Of a stretch of DNA of 51,218 bases, positions 24,580-37,712 are shown one piece after another. The position numbers and the translations under genes were made by a program. The stretch comes from Saprolegnia diclina VS20. Its lineage: Eukaryota. Positions within the stretch are counted from its first letter, which is position 1. Every line of letters begins with the position of its first letter. The stretch is from assembly GCF_000281045.1 (NCBI RefSeq), contig NW_008246070.1, positions 1,384,346 through 1,435,563 on the forward strand, written 5' to 3'. The notes under the pieces are model-generated. The model was not told the origin of the DNA. It was given only the letters and a program-made list of their open reading frames with translations, and ran no database searches.

Positions 24580-26993
24580 CTATTCTGCAAACTCGGACAC
24601 ATGGTGGTTGTACTCGCGCTTCTTCTGGACGACCTTCTTTTGCTTCTTCTTTTCGATTTCTTCGTCGACCTCTTGGCGGGCCTTGCGCTTCTTGAGCGTC
24701 CCTTGCTTGGCCGACTGACTCGCTTTCGTCACCTTGGACGAGGCCGGCGGTTCGCGCAGCCCAAAGCTTTTGGCGACGTGACCAAAGTGGAGGCTGCGCA
24801 CGTGAAAGTACTGCCGCGTCTCACTACACCGATCCTCAACATCGCATCAAAAACACACAAAAGTACCTCGCGTGGGTCGCATAACTGCGCACAAACGACT
24901 GGAATGCTTGGCACGCCATGTCAAAGAGCTCCGTGTCGGCCAGCACCGACTGCTCAAAGAGGTACTGCAACTCGTGCACGATCACTTCGTGCAGCGCCTT
25001 CTTGCTCGACGTGCGGAACTCGCCCTTGGACGCCGACCGCGCGATCGTCGCCTCGTAGTTGAGCGCTGTGAGGCTGAGTCCGTTGGCTTGGAGATGCTCA
25101 CAGTACGCGGCCTCGGACGGCAGCAAAAACAGCAGCGAATTACCAACCTAGTCCAATGTCAAACTTCGCCCAACGACAGCATCTCTTGTCGTACTGCGCC
25201 ACTGCGGGCCGTGCGACCGACACGGTGGACGTAGTCGCGCGTCTCGGTCGGCGGGTCGTACTGAACGATCCATTGCACCTACGCCACGTCCTTGGATACC
25301 CACGAGTCGCTTGAGTTGTCGATACCGTCGGGAGGTTGAGACCACGCGCGGCCACGTCCGTGCAAAAGAGGATACCGGAGGACGCTTTGCAAAAGGCTTG
25401 GAAGGTCGACGTGCGTTCCTGCTGGTTGACGTTGCCGTGGAGGCGGAAGATGGCAGGTCCAAACATCTCGTTGCGCTGCGGCCACTGGCACTTTTGAAAG
25501 AGCGTCGTCATGAAATCGACGGCGTCGCACGTCGAGAGGAAGACTACGATCTTGGACGACTTGGCCTTCTTGCATTCCGAGCGGAGAAAGCAGCTGAGCG
25601 CGCAGAGACGCTGTTTGGCCGGTACAATCATAAACTGCTGGATGAGCTGCTCCGGCGTCGCGTACACGGCGGCTTGCCTAAGCCACCAGCTTTGTCATCA
25701 AGAAAATGGCATGCAACATACTCTTTGGTGTCGGCGTCGATAAAGCGTGGCGATGTGAGACTCATGGCCGCCAGCCGCTCGACGCCCGAGTTGATGGTCG
25801 CCGAGACAAGGATGGTCTGCCGTACCACGTCGTCGTCCTTCTTGGACGCGATGCACTCGAGGATCTGCGTGATCGACCGCTCAAAGCCCATGTCCAAGAG
25901 CCGGTCGGCTTCGTCCAAGATGAGAAACTCGAGGCGGTTGTATGCGAACGAGTGGGTGTTGGTGAGGTGGTCGACGAGCCGACCGGGCGTCGCGACCAGG
26001 ATCGAGACGCCTACAAACGACGTGGTACCCATGCCTTGGGGAGACGATGCAGTACCTTTGCGAAGCCGCGCTTTTTCCGACTTCTTCTTTTCGCCACCGA
26101 CGACGCTGCCCGCGACAATGTACACGGCGACCTTGAGCAGCCTAGTGAAGACGAATAGATATATCGAGACGCAGGATACAAGGTATATACCGCTCGAGGG
26201 TCTCTTGGATCTGCGTGCAGAGTTCGCGCGTCGGCGCGAGGATCATCGCGAGGCAACCGTCGGTGCGCGAGATACGCAGAGTCTTGGACATGAGCCGGTG
26301 GACCATCGGCAGGCAGAAGGCGAGTGTCTTCCCGGACCCTGTCTCGCTCTTGAGGAGGACGTCGCCGGACGCCGAAATGGCTGGCACGCTCTTGACCTGC
26401 ACGCGCGTCGGCTGGTCAAAGCCAAAGCCACCGTTTTCCTTGGGCTTGGTCAAGATCGACACCAAGTGCGGGTGGAGCTGCATCGCTTCAAACGTTGTCG
26501 CTGAGAAGATCTCCTTGGACGTCGACGACCGCAGCGGCGCTTCGTGCACCGTGACCTTGGACATGTCGAGCGTCGGGCGGAGAAGGGCTTCCGCCGAGTA
26601 CGCTTCCTTGTTTGGGTTGCGTCGCGACCCGACCTTGCCGTCCTTTGGCTTGGGCGTGTCGACGACCTTCTTTTGCATCTCGGGGATGTCTTGGATTTTG
26701 GTCTGCGTCACGACCGGCTTGGCGTCGGGCACGGCCTTGGGCGGGGCCTCTTCCTCGTCCGACGACGTATCCGGGTACGCGTTGGCCGGCACTTCCTTTG
26801 TCGGTGACGCGGCCTCGGGCGTGGGCTGGGCCTTGGGCTTGACGACGGCGCGCACAGCCTTGGCCGGCGCCGCCTTGGCCGCCTGCGCCTTCTTGGCCTT
26901 GACCTTGTTCTGGCGGAACTTGACGATCTTGCGCTTCGCGGGCAGCTTGGGGCCCGACCCGACGGCGATGTTCAGGGAGAAGCCTTCGTCCAT
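24580..26993 (-). CDS. DBP7: DEAD-box RNA helicase DBP7/DDX31-like; multi-exon
   Basis: [93 protein letters not shown]. Confidence 0.93.
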
Positions 26994-27288
26994 CGCTCTG
27001 CCTGCTTGTGATCTCGCGTGTTGAAGCTCCGCGGGCTGCCAATAAAAACTCAGTCGTGTTACAAGAACACATGTTCTTCAAACGAGGGTCATGCACTGGT
27101 GGCGCCACGTAAGTCTAGACTGCAACCTGCGTATCCACCGATACTGGATCACTTTACTTCGACGACTCTCTAGCTATATGTATTCTATACAACAGTGTAT
27201 ATCACCCCGCATGGTCTCGTGCTAACACCATAGTGCCTTACGACCACATAGGGGCAGTTGACACATATCCCCGCTTCCAAAGCCATCC

Positions 27289-27335
27289 GAGCTCAGGTTT
27301 AGTCCAGGGTCTAGTCCAGGGTCTAGTTTGAGCTC
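27289..27335. repeat. Two 12-bp direct repeats (TAGTCCAGGGTC) inside a 7-bp inverted repeat GAGCTCA...TGAGCTC
   Basis: GAGCTCAGGTT-TAGTCCAGGGTC-TAGTCCAGGGTC-TAGTT-TGAGCTC read directly. Confidence 0.7.
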
Positions 27336-27585
27336 GCCAGAAGTACTAGACCACGGAGAAGACCACGACGGTCGTGCCGTGAGCTGTTGCCTTCAAGAAA
27401 ACCGCGGGCAGCTCAGGATGGCTTCAAAAACGGTCTCCGATCGACTAATTTTAGTCCGTCGTGCGTTGATCGAGAGCATGGCCCCGTGGCGTCCCGACCT
27501 CTTCAGTGCCAGCGCGAGCTTGCCACAGCATAATCTCTTAGATCTTTTGTGCCGAAGAGAGATTGTGTACGGCAAGGCCTTGTCG

Positions 27586-28687
27586 ATGGAGCCCGTGCTG
27601 TGTCGCGTCGCCGCCTTGTTGGAGGCCGAGGTCTCGTCCTTCTGGCTCTCATTTCTTTGTCCGCTTCCTACGATTACTAGTACTGCATTGGACACGACAC
27701 GACGCGCATGACGCTCGCAACGACCCTCATGCTGCTCTCGACCAAGCACTACAAGCTCGTGCGGAAGAACCCGTTCTTCTTTCGAGCCCTCGTCGTTCGG
27801 CGGCCCAGCGTCACCAAAGTCACCAAGCTCCACGAGCATCTTCGTTGGCCCTCTCATTGGATGTGAGACTCTAACGCACTTGCTAGAGCTCTATGGACCG
27901 ACGCTGCACGCACTGGACGTCTCGTTTTGTCACGAATTGATCGACGACGCGGCGCTCACATCGATCGTGTCGCAGTGCCCCCGCTTGCGCCACGTCATTC
28001 TCTGGGCCTGTCATCAGCTTACCGACCGAGGTGATCGTGTGACGCGATTGAAATTAGAGGATGAGATTCGTCTATAGGCCTCATGGCGCTCGCCATGCAC
28101 TGTCGGTACCTCGACTTTCTCAACTTTGGTGGCTGCCGCCGCGTGACCGACGCCGCCCTCGACGCGATCGGGCAAGAGCTCTTGTATCTGGACAACCTGC
28201 ATTTGAGCGGCTGCAAGAACGTCTCGGACGCAGGCATCGCGGTTTTGGCGACGTACAGCCGCGTGCTCTTGCAGCTCACGCCCGAAGATGCCGCAAGCTT
28301 TCGCGTGCCCCAAGAGGTTGGACATTTGGTCTTTGTCGCTTCCACGTATTCCAATGGTAGTTTGACTTGCACCACATGAAGACACAGCTGCGCAAGTTTG
28401 ACTGCAAGCGCGTCGCGTACCGTGAAGCTGCGCCTGGTGACCACGAACTCGTGCTCTCGTTCGGGTCGCGCCCCAAAGCTGTCGGGCTGTGGTGCACTTT
28501 GGACAGTAAAGGGCGGCAAAACAAATATGTGCCCAAGCTCACGTCGTTCGACGGTACGACCGCGTATACCGGGTACTACCAGTGCATCTCGCTCAAGGTG
28601 CTCAATGTCACGGGCTGCGACCGCGTCACGGACGCCAGCCTACAAAAGCTCCGGGACCACCACGTCCAGCTGCGCGTTGTGCGCTAA
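27586..28687 (+). CDS. Cys-containing leucine-rich repeat protein (F-box/LRR-like); multi-exon, start uncertain
   Basis: LHALDVSFCHELIDDAAL, CPRLRHVILWACHQLTDRG, LNFGGCRRVTDAAL, LHLSGCKNVSDAGI, LNVTGCDRVTDASL; weak F-box-like N-terminus. Alternative starts at 27418 and 27478. Confidence 0.82.
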
Positions 28688-28786
28688 CTCGAGGGAATTT
28701 CCTTGGCGACGCTGAAGATTTCGCTTTTACCCCACGCAACACGTTGTTTTTCCCATTAGAGAGTACATCGTCTCCGCAAGACAAGC

Positions 28787-29083
28787 ATGCGGCGCGTCCT
28801 ACTAGGGTGGGTCTGGCTTTTGTCGACGGTGTCGGCAGCGCAGAACGACACTCCTAAAAGCCCGTTCGCATCGAGCCCAACACTGCGCCTCGCACAGTAC
28901 ATGGCGCTCATCGAGACGTCAGCCGCGCCACTGCCTGGTGGACTGGAGCGCTTGGATCTTCGCATGTACCTTGCGCAAACCTTGCAAGATAGAGGTTTGA
29001 ATACGAGCGTCGTAGCGTTTCTGGCCCAGCGCGCGACGCTCGTCGCTGGATCCTCCCAAGCACTCGACGAAGTATTAGGGTAA
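28787..29083 (+). CDS. Possible small secreted protein (may continue by splicing)
   Basis: Signal-peptide-like MRRVLLGWVWLLSTVSA; no domain recognised; a possible donor GGGTAAT overlaps the stop. Confidence 0.35.
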   Translation: MRRVLLGWVWLLSTVSAAQNDTPKSPFASSPTLRLAQYMALIETSAAPLPGGLERLDLRMYLAQTLQDRGLNTSVVAFLAQRATLVAGSSQALDEVLG

Positions 29084-29862
29084 TCCAAAATATTGGGGTA
29101 ATCTCACGCTCCACAAGTCTGGAAGCGCGAGTCACCAGGAATGAGGTCCATTTCACAGTGCGCCAGGATGGCATAAGCACAGGCCCATGCACTGGTAACG
29201 TTAGGTGTGTTTGGTTACGGGTTGCCCGTTGCCAAACAACATTCCGGTGCTTCGCACCAAGGTCATTTATCGTCTGCGCTAAGGTTGTTGAAATGGGTGA
29301 TGAACACGCAATTGAAAGACAAAAGATGGTGGACTTCCTACTGCGCTCGTGAGGCATGGTCGGCGCGTCAAGCGTCAGTGGCTGTGATCAAGCGACGAGC
29401 AGGGTTGCGAGCGCACCACAGGTCGTCGCGTTGAGCAACTCGGCAAGCGATGGCACCACGGCGCGACGCGCCACGTGCCAGATGATGATTGTCTGGCAGC
29501 AACCGATGCAATGTTTGGCAACGGGTGAACGCGTTGCCAAGCAACATATCGGTGTTTTGAGTACAGCGTCTACTGGTGCATATGTATGATTGGTCACGAT
29601 AACCCTAGTATGTACTATTAACATAGCCCTTGGCACAATTCCCTTCATCTATGCAAAGCTTATTCGCTCGGTTGGATGGTCGTCGTCTCGTGCTGAAGCG
29701 AGATGGGACAACGGCTGTACATGCATCGCGCAAATGCCTTTCTCGGGACAAACGTTTTACCCAAGATTTCTTGAGTTTACCCCATTTCTGCCCGCGTGTG
29801 ATTGGTCAACGCGACGAGGTTGATCGTTGTCCTCATTCTGTTTTTGGCTTTGGCGTTGAAGG

Positions 29863-31135
29863 ATGCTCGGGTGTAGCTGCTGCTGGACGACGTACTTGGT
29901 GGGCGCCTGCGTGGGCCTGCCCTTGGTACGCTCTCGCCTCTACCTGCCATACTTACGCTATGCTAGCTGAGCTACCTTTGGAGCTTTCTGACCGCGCCTG
30001 GGTTCAAGGTCGATGGCAAGCATGTCTTTATCACGGGTTCGCCTCGCCCGTCAACCTCGTAGCCGCAATGACAATATGTTGTCTAGGTGGCAGCGCGGGC
30101 TTGGGCCTCTCGACGGCCAAGAAGTACGCGCAAGCCGGCGCCAAGGTTACGATCGTCGCGCGGTCAACCGATGCGCTCGCCAAGGCCAAGGACGAGATCC
30201 AGGTTGGATCCCTCATTCTCTTGACGCAGGCACCGAACGAGACCTCTCTAGGCTGTCGCCAAGCACCCGGTCTTTACGCAGTCGTGCGACGTGACGGACT
30301 ATGCGAGCGTCCAGAAGGCGGTCGCGGACGCCAACACGTTCCACAACCGCGTCACGGACCATGTTGTGTGCTGCGCGGGCACGGCGATGCCGGGCTACGT
30401 GCTCGACCAGGACATCTCGATCTTCCGCAAGGAAATGGACCTCAACTACTTTGGTGTCGTGCATGCCACCAAGGTCGATGCGTACAATCGCGTCGCGAAG
30501 CTCACATCGCCGTAGGCGGCGCTGCCGGCGATGGTAGCGCGCAACGAAGGTGGCACCTTTGTCTACGTGAGCTCGGGCTGCGGCCTCATCTCGTTCATTG
30601 GGTACGCCCAGTACAGCCCGACCAAGTTTGCCGTGCGTGGTTTTGCCGATGCGCTCCGGTAGCTTGCCACGTCATTGCTCTGTCATGGCCTTACATACTG
30701 CGTTTAGGAACGAGCTCCAGCTCTACAAGATGAACGTGCACGTCTTCTACCCGGGCAACATTGACAGCCCTGGCTTCGTCCAGGAAAACAAGACCAAGCC
30801 GGCCGAGTGCAAAGAGATCGAAGGCTCGGCCGACCTTGTGAGGTACACTGCGTCCATAACCTTGGCCACAGGAACAGATCGGTGTGTGTAGCCCGGACCA
30901 AGTCGCGCAGAGCATGATCGATGGCGTCGCCAACGGCGTCTATGCCATCACCAACGACCTCGGCATCTGGGTCCTTCGCATCCTTGGCAACGGCATCAAC
31001 CCGCGCAAAAACACGCCGCTCGAGATGCTTCTCATGCCAGTGATCACCATCGTCCAGGTTGGCTACGTCTTTTACATGGACTACGTCGTCAGCGCATCGC
31101 GCTCGGCGCGCGCCAAGAAGGAAAAGACCAATTGA
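29863..31135 (+). CDS. KDSR: 3-ketodihydrosphingosine reductase (KDSR/TSC10-like SDR); multi-exon
   Basis: KHVFITGGSAGLG, CCAG, MDLNYFG, YSPTKFAVRGFADALRNEL, PGNIDSPGFVQENKTKP; N- and C-terminal hydrophobic segments; KKEKTN dilysine-like ER retrieval end. Confidence 0.9.
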
Positions 31136-31558
31136 GCGTCCGCGCACACTTCTACATACCTGTAGCTACCGCTTGACGTCGTGTAATTGAACCTATGTCA
31201 CCCGACGACGTGTTGCTGCAAGATGGATGGCGTGCACCGACTGGCCTATCGCCAGTGCGACAACGTGGGATAGATCTGCCCATCGTCGCAGCACTCCCAC
31301 GTCTCTTCCCACGCCGCTTGGCATGCTGGCCGACGGCAGGTAGCTGCAAAGACCAGCACGTTAGCCCAGCGTCGCAGCCGCCCAGCGTCGTTGTCCATGG
31401 TCCATGGTCCATGCCACCTGCCACCTACCATCCATGCACGTGCCTCCTCCCGATTTCGGCGATCGGATTTTTGGATCGGAAAAATATCTCTGGTTGGGAG
31501 AGGCTGAATTTTAATAAAATGACAAAAATGCAAAACTGCAACCAGAATCTAATTTGCC

Positions 31559-32467
31559 ATGGCCATCGTCGTCTTCGAAGGTTCGTCGCGCGCCGCCGCC
31601 GAAGCCCACGCGGGCGCCGAGCACGAGCTCGTGGGCATCGACGCGTTCGAGGCCAAGCCCGAGAACAGCGTGGCGTCGGTCGTGTACTTTGGCGGCGCGA
31701 GCCTGCCTGCCATCTACCGCGTGCTCCAAGCCGGCGCCAGCGTCGAGGCGTATGTTGCGCTTGACGGCAACGACACGGAAGCGCAGAAGAACGGGCTTCT
31801 GATGCAGCTGTTGCTGCAAGGCTTTGTCAACTCAAACGTTGACGTGACGGCGACGGGCCTGCGCCTCTCGGGTACGAAGCCCGGCTTTACCGAGGGCGCA
31901 AGCGCGGCCGTCTTGATCAAGCCCGTCCAAAAGTCCAAGTAGGTCTTTCGCGTTTGCAAAGCCGAAGCGAAGCGTATGTTTAGGTGGACAGTGGTGGCCG
32001 ACGATGACGACGACATGATTGACGAAGATGACTTGCTCGACGACACGGACGAAGTGCTCAAGGCCGCCAAGATGGACTGCGGCACAGGCAAGGACGGCAA
32101 GAAGCGCCGCTGCAAGGACTGCACGTGCGGGTACGTCCAACGCTTTCTTCTGGATCTCTCCTGACATATACTTTAGGATGAAGGATGAGAACGACGAGCC
32201 GGCCATGTCGGAGGTCGACCTGCAGCTGCTCGTCTCCAACTGCGGCAGCGTACGCACCACGTCCTTCCTCCGAGCGTCCATCTGACCTCTTTTCCTATGT
32301 AGTGTTACAAGGGCGACGCGTTCCGCTGCGGCAGCTGCCCCTTCTTGGGCCAGCCCGCCTTCAAGCCCGGTACGTCGCTGCACGCGAAGAGCATCCGACC
32401 CATTTTTATGCACACTCTAGGTATGGGCAAACTCGTCCTCAACCTCGACAACTCGGACGACATTTAA
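31559..32467 (+). CDS. DRE2: Anamorsin / Fe-S cluster assembly protein DRE2 (CIAPIN1); multi-exon
   Basis: IDEDDLL, DC-x10-[35 protein letters not shown] after splicing. Confidence 0.95.
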
Positions 32468-32527
32468 GCTCCTTAATTCATTTCGCATTGCATCGTAACT
32501 AGTTCAAAACTCAGATCGCAGTGGCAT

Positions 32528-34187
32528 TTACACGTGCAACGCCAGCGCCGCGGCCACGACACCGACCGCGATCGTGGCGGCGTCCGCATGGTTGGCCGCG
32601 GGCGTCGGCGCCCCGGTCGACGAGCCCGCCGTCGGCGTCGTCTTGGTCGGCGGCACGATCGTCGTGTCCGTCGCGTTGCTCTCGGTTTGGAGCGTGGCCT
32701 TGCCGGTGATGATGGCGTGGCCGGGGCACATGGTCGTCTTGGTCAAGTCGGGGCAGAGCATGTCGGTGACCTTATCGGCGGCCCACGTCGAGTCCTTTAG
32801 GCTCGAAAACTCTTTCGGGCACGTCGGCGGCGTCGTCACCGTCGGTGTGTACTCGGCCATAGACGGCAGCACGGTGGACGCGCCCTTGTACGCCTTGGCC
32901 AAGCCCTCAAAGTTGGGCATGCGGTTAAACTTGCACGGCGTCGTCGAGTGGTCGCACGTCGCGGGCGAAAAGTACCCAAGCCCATAGTTCTGCGCACCGT
33001 ACGACGTGAACGGGTACGGCGCATCGGCCTTGGAGTTGGCGTTCTCGGTCGAAAACTCGAACGCGTACCCGCCCGTAAAGACGTCGGCAAAGTCCTTGGA
33101 GAGAAGCCAGGACGCTTGGACCCACGACCGCTGGGCGTCGTACCCCTCGACGGTCGGGAAGGCCTTGTTGAGGCAGCCAAACTCGGTGAGCATCGTCGGG
33201 CCCGCGAGCTTGTAGCCCTGAAAGTCCTTGTGGAGCTGCGCAAAGCTCGCACCGACATTGCTGGCCGTCGCCTTGGGGTCACACTGCAGATAGACGTTGA
33301 TGCCATACCCTATCGATACGATCAGCTTTATGCTATGACGTGGCAGCGTACATTCAGCGTTCTCGAGCGTGTCTTTGGGGTCGGTGCGGCAGTTGTAGTA
33401 GAGCGCATTGGGCGACCGGTTCGTGTCGGCGAGGACGACGCCGACGGGGATCGAACGCATGTTGGCGCTGCACGAATTGATGAACGCGCGCATATCGCGA
33501 ATGAACTTTTTTTGGCATGGGCCGTTGACCGTCGGGTCCTTGACCACGTGGTTGACTTCGTTGCCAGCGCTAAACGCCTGCGCATGGAAGGATGAGCCAT
33601 GAGACTGCCGTACGAAGACAACGTACGAGCACGTTGTTGTACTTGGCAAACGCTGTGATGATCTGCTGGCCGCGAGTCTTGAGCGCCGCCGGGTAGCACG
33701 TCGGGAACGGCTCGGCCGTGATCGCGCAGCCTTCGCAGCTAGCATACGCGTGAGATCGTGGCGTCGAAAAGAAGGCCAACTACCTGGCGCCGAGGTCCAC
33801 GAGCACGTAGATGCCGGCGGCCGAGAGCGCGCACATGAACTTGTCATGCGGCTTGGACGGGTCGATCGCGTACAAGCGGATCGTGTTGATGCCAAGCGCA
33901 GTGAACTCGGCAATGTGCGGCAGCCAAATCGCCTCGAGGTCGTCCGTGAAGAAGTCGAGGTTGTTGAGGTCGAGGAGGCCCGTGTTCGGGCGCGGGTAGT
34001 AGTCGACGCCCTTGGCCTGGAACGGCTTGCCGGTCTCGTACTCGAACATGCGCTGGCCCTTGAGCACGATCGGCAGAAACGGCGTCGCCGTCGTCGCCTC
34101 GAACGCAACCGCCGACTTGCGCTGGTGGGCATCGGTCGAGGCGGCGAGCGCGAGGCTGGCGGCAAGGGCGACACAGGTCGTCTTCAT
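32528..34187 (-). CDS. GH72 beta-1,3-glucanosyltransferase (GAS/GEL-like), secreted, likely GPI-anchored; multi-exon
   Basis: Signal peptide; FQAKGVDYYP, LGINTIRLYAIDP..HDKFM, AFSAGNEV, FIRDMRAFI, GINVY, LTEFGC, GGYAFEFS; Thr-rich spacer and hydrophobic C-terminus. Confidence 0.95.
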
Positions 34188-34637
34188 GGCTGCTACGGAA
34201 GATGCGGCGGATTGGGTTGTGCTGGCAGCAGCGCCGAGTTTGCACCATGTGGCCGACGTCCATACAAATCCCAGTGTTAATATACTGGGGTGGGAAAGGC
34301 GAGAGCAAAATTTCGCCTGGCGATCGGCGCAAGCCGGCTACACTGTGCACCCACGACTGTTGCAACAGCCCTTCTCTTCCTGACGTGGTCGGCACCTCAG
34401 GCAATGAACGAGACCACGGTCCTGCCGCTGAGCTGCGACCAAATGCATTTCGATGCGCCATGAGGTTGCATTGCACGCCGCAGCTGCTCATTCTGGACTT
34501 GCTAGTATCAACATGTGCTCGGCCTGCGCTCGGTTGTTGTTCACTACACTGTAGTACTAGTCCAACGAGTATTATTGTCACCACAAGTGTAGACGCTGTC
34601 GCAAGATGAGGTGTGATGCTGATGACGACGGCGTCAT

Positions 34638-35802
34638 TTAGATCTTGGCCATGATCTGCTTGAGCTGCGGCGTCATGTCGCCGTCGGCTTCCGGGTCGCT
34701 CGCCTTGGCAAAGTCGGTAATATGGCTCCACTGCGCGGCCACGTCTTCGATCGCGATGTCGCCGTCAATGTTGAAAAAGTGGCCTTCGCTGCGCACGTAC
34801 TTGACCTGCGCGGTCCAGCCGCCGCCGCTCTCAAAGATCTGGCCCGTCACCGGCGCCGACTCGTGGCAGAGGAACGCGACCGTCGGCGCCACGTACTCGG
34901 GCTTCCACTTTTTGACCACCTAGTTGCCGCTTGGCATTTACAGAAGGCATTGCCGGCTTGCGTACCTCGTCCGGAAGAATCGTGGCCGTCATGCTCGAGC
35001 CCGCGCCCGGCGCGACGACGTTGACCTTGATGTTGTTGCGCGCGCCTTCCTTGGCGAGCGACTTGCTGAGACCGACAATCCCCATCTTGGCGGCCGCTAG
35101 TACTTGACGTGGCACCCTGCGCTGCGCAAACGTTGTACGTACAGTAGTTGGTCTGCCCGACTTGACCGTACAAGCCGTTCACGGACGTGATGTTGACAAT
35201 GCGACCGTACTTTTGGTCGCGCATGTACGGCCACACCGCACGCGTCACAGCGTACGCTAACATGGTGGCTATGGCACCGGGACGACGGGCAAGAAACACG
35301 TACTGCCTTCGAGGTGAACGGCCTTGACGAGGTCCCAGTCGCTCTGCTTCATCTTGTGGAAGACCACGTCGCGGAGGATACCGGCGTTGTTGACAACGAT
35401 ATCGATGCGACCAAACGTGTCAATGGCCGTTGCCACGACCTTGGCGCCTACGAAATGTACAGATTTGCTATGTGGCGACAAAGTGGGGCAAGATACCGTC
35501 CGTGACCGAGTCGTAGTTGGCTGCCGCAACGCCACCTACGACGGTATAAGAAGAGCCGTCTCATAGAGCATCTACCCTTGGCTTGAATCTCCTTGACGAC
35601 CAAGTCGGACGGGCGGTCCGTGCTGCCTGCCGCGGCGCGCCCCACATCGTTGACGACGCTAGCACAAGCCGTGACGCACGCAGTACGTAGTGGCGACGTA
35701 CACTTTGGCGCCACGGGCGGCGAGGAGGAGGGCGTAAGCGCGGCCGAGGCCACCGCCGGCGCCGGTCACGATCGCCACTTGTCCGTCGAAGCGCAGGCTC
35801 AT
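34638..35802 (-). CDS. Peroxisomal 3-hydroxyacyl-CoA dehydrogenase-like SDR (stand-alone MFE-2/HSD17B4 dehydrogenase domain); multi-exon
   Basis: [56 protein letters not shown]...[19 protein letters not shown]; ends in AKI (PTS1-like). Confidence 0.92.
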
Positions 35803-36276
35803 CGTCTGTGCAAATTGGTTTCTGCCAGCAGCGCTCAACAGGAAATCGGCTCGTGATTTCCAATCAAACTCTAACAAATGATACTTCAACAGCAATATCG
35901 TTTCTGAGAGGAAGATACCGCCGATCTTGAGCAAATATTGTTGACGTGTCGGCCGACGCACGTACATGTATGGGATGCTCGCACTCGAGGAGCGTATTGG
36001 GCTGGTGCAAGAGGTCCCAAGTATGTAGCTACGCTCGTTCAGCAAAGACCCAGAGAGGCCGCGGAGTGCGTGGTGGCGCAGTACCCTTGGCTCTTTTCCT
36101 TCTCCGTGTGATTGATTGGTAAGACCATGGTCGGCGTCAACAAGACGAGTTTTCGGACGAACGGCTACCGGTACTACTAGTATGCGTGAAGCAGCGTTCG
36201 ATTATCGTTCAAGGGTAAGCGCCCAAACACGCGAGACACATTAATGTGGAGGGTGAATCCACGTAGATCAACCCTA

Positions 36277-37494
36277 TCAACAATTGAGCAATCCACGCCC
36301 AATGCTGCAAATAGGGGAGTACATTATGAAGCGCACGGAGAGCTTGCGCCTACGAGGGTGAGGTGAGTTGGGTGGTCCTTCGATACAAGAGGGGGGTACA
36401 AGGATGTCGCTGATATGATCGCACACGATCTTGAGACGATACATCCGATAAAGCCCAGCGTACAGGGTCCCGTTGAAGACCTTTTTCAGCGCCTCGTCCA
36501 CGCCACAGCGCTGAATAATCTTGGCGCGCTCCTTGACGAGCCGGATCATATTGCGGGCCGTCTAGCCGGCCTTCAACGGGGTTGAAGGCATCGTGGGTTG
36601 AAGGTGTTGCAGTCGTACATTCACGTCGTAAAGCGCTTAAGCTCGCCGTCTCGACGGTGTCAACTCCTCGCACGTCGTCGTCGCCGCTGCCATGCTCTTC
36701 ATCGACGGCGTCTTCTCCTGGTCGTCCCTAGATACGACAGGTTTGAGAGAGTGGCGACGTGTGCCGACGAGCGCGGCGAACCGCCAGGCGTCACTAACAC
36801 CACGGCGGAAGCAGCGTCGTACTTTATCGCGGTGAATGCAGCCAAACGCAAAACCGGCCACCGGCTCGATACCAGCAGCTGGCGTTGGTGCGCCAACCAG
36901 CACGGGTAGATGCGAGATACCGGGTTGCTGACCTTGATACGGCGGCCACCGTGTCTGCTGGACACAAGTTGCGCTCGCCGAAGCTTGATGGTCCAGTAGC
37001 CCCGGCTTAGTGGCAGCTCACGAACGACTTGTTCGACGTGGTCTTCTGAGACGTTGGCGTGGCGACGCAGCTCACGCTTGGAGACCGGGGGACCCGCGAC
37101 GCGTCAAAGGGATGTCACGTCATGCGTCACGACGCCAAAGTACGTCCACGCTGCCGTTGGCGCGGTGGTACGGCTTGAGAGAGCGACGCCGGAAGCAGGT
37201 ACGCGACGAAGCACGACCGTTGAGAGCTTGCCTTCCTCGCACCGCAAGATGAAGCTGCGCGTGGAAGCGGACTGCCTCGTCCGAGCACGTGCGCTTGCAG
37301 ATTATGTCCGGCACGTGGCCGAGCTCCGGCCAGGGCTCCGTGTCCGGGACGACGAATCGGGCGTCATCTTGAGGTCGCCATGGAATGAGCGGTCCACGGC
37401 GAGGGCCCGCCCCTTGCGGCGCCATTTCTTCCGCTTCTTCTTCCGCATCGCTGCTGGAAGGTAGAACGCCAAGTGACCAAAAGAATGATTCCAA
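36277..37494 (-). pseudogene. Possible degraded coding region
   Basis: Coding-like segments in different frames (MAPQGAGP...PWPELGHVPD; KRELRRHANVSEDHVEQVVREL; RLVKERAKIIQRCGVDEALKKVF) that I could not join with clean GT-AG introns. Confidence 0.3.
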
Positions 37495-37712
37495 TTCCTT
37501 GGTGACAGAGTTTAAGCATTCTAATAATCTGAACTAGTCCACAATCTACAATCTAGTCATATTATTGTGGCATCCAACCAGCGCTGTTGTCATACGTGAC
37601 TCAGACGAGCGTTTTGCGGGCAATGTCGATATCGGTGTGGATAATATTTGGCTCCGGCTGCCTCGATGTTGAAGTTTCAGACGCGCTCGAAATAGCCTGC
37701 AGCCAGGCCGTC

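Noticed and set aside
25311..27024. Long plus-strand ORFs (397 and 269 aa) opposite DBP7
   Set aside because: Antisense shadows produced by GC-rich codon bias; no motifs.
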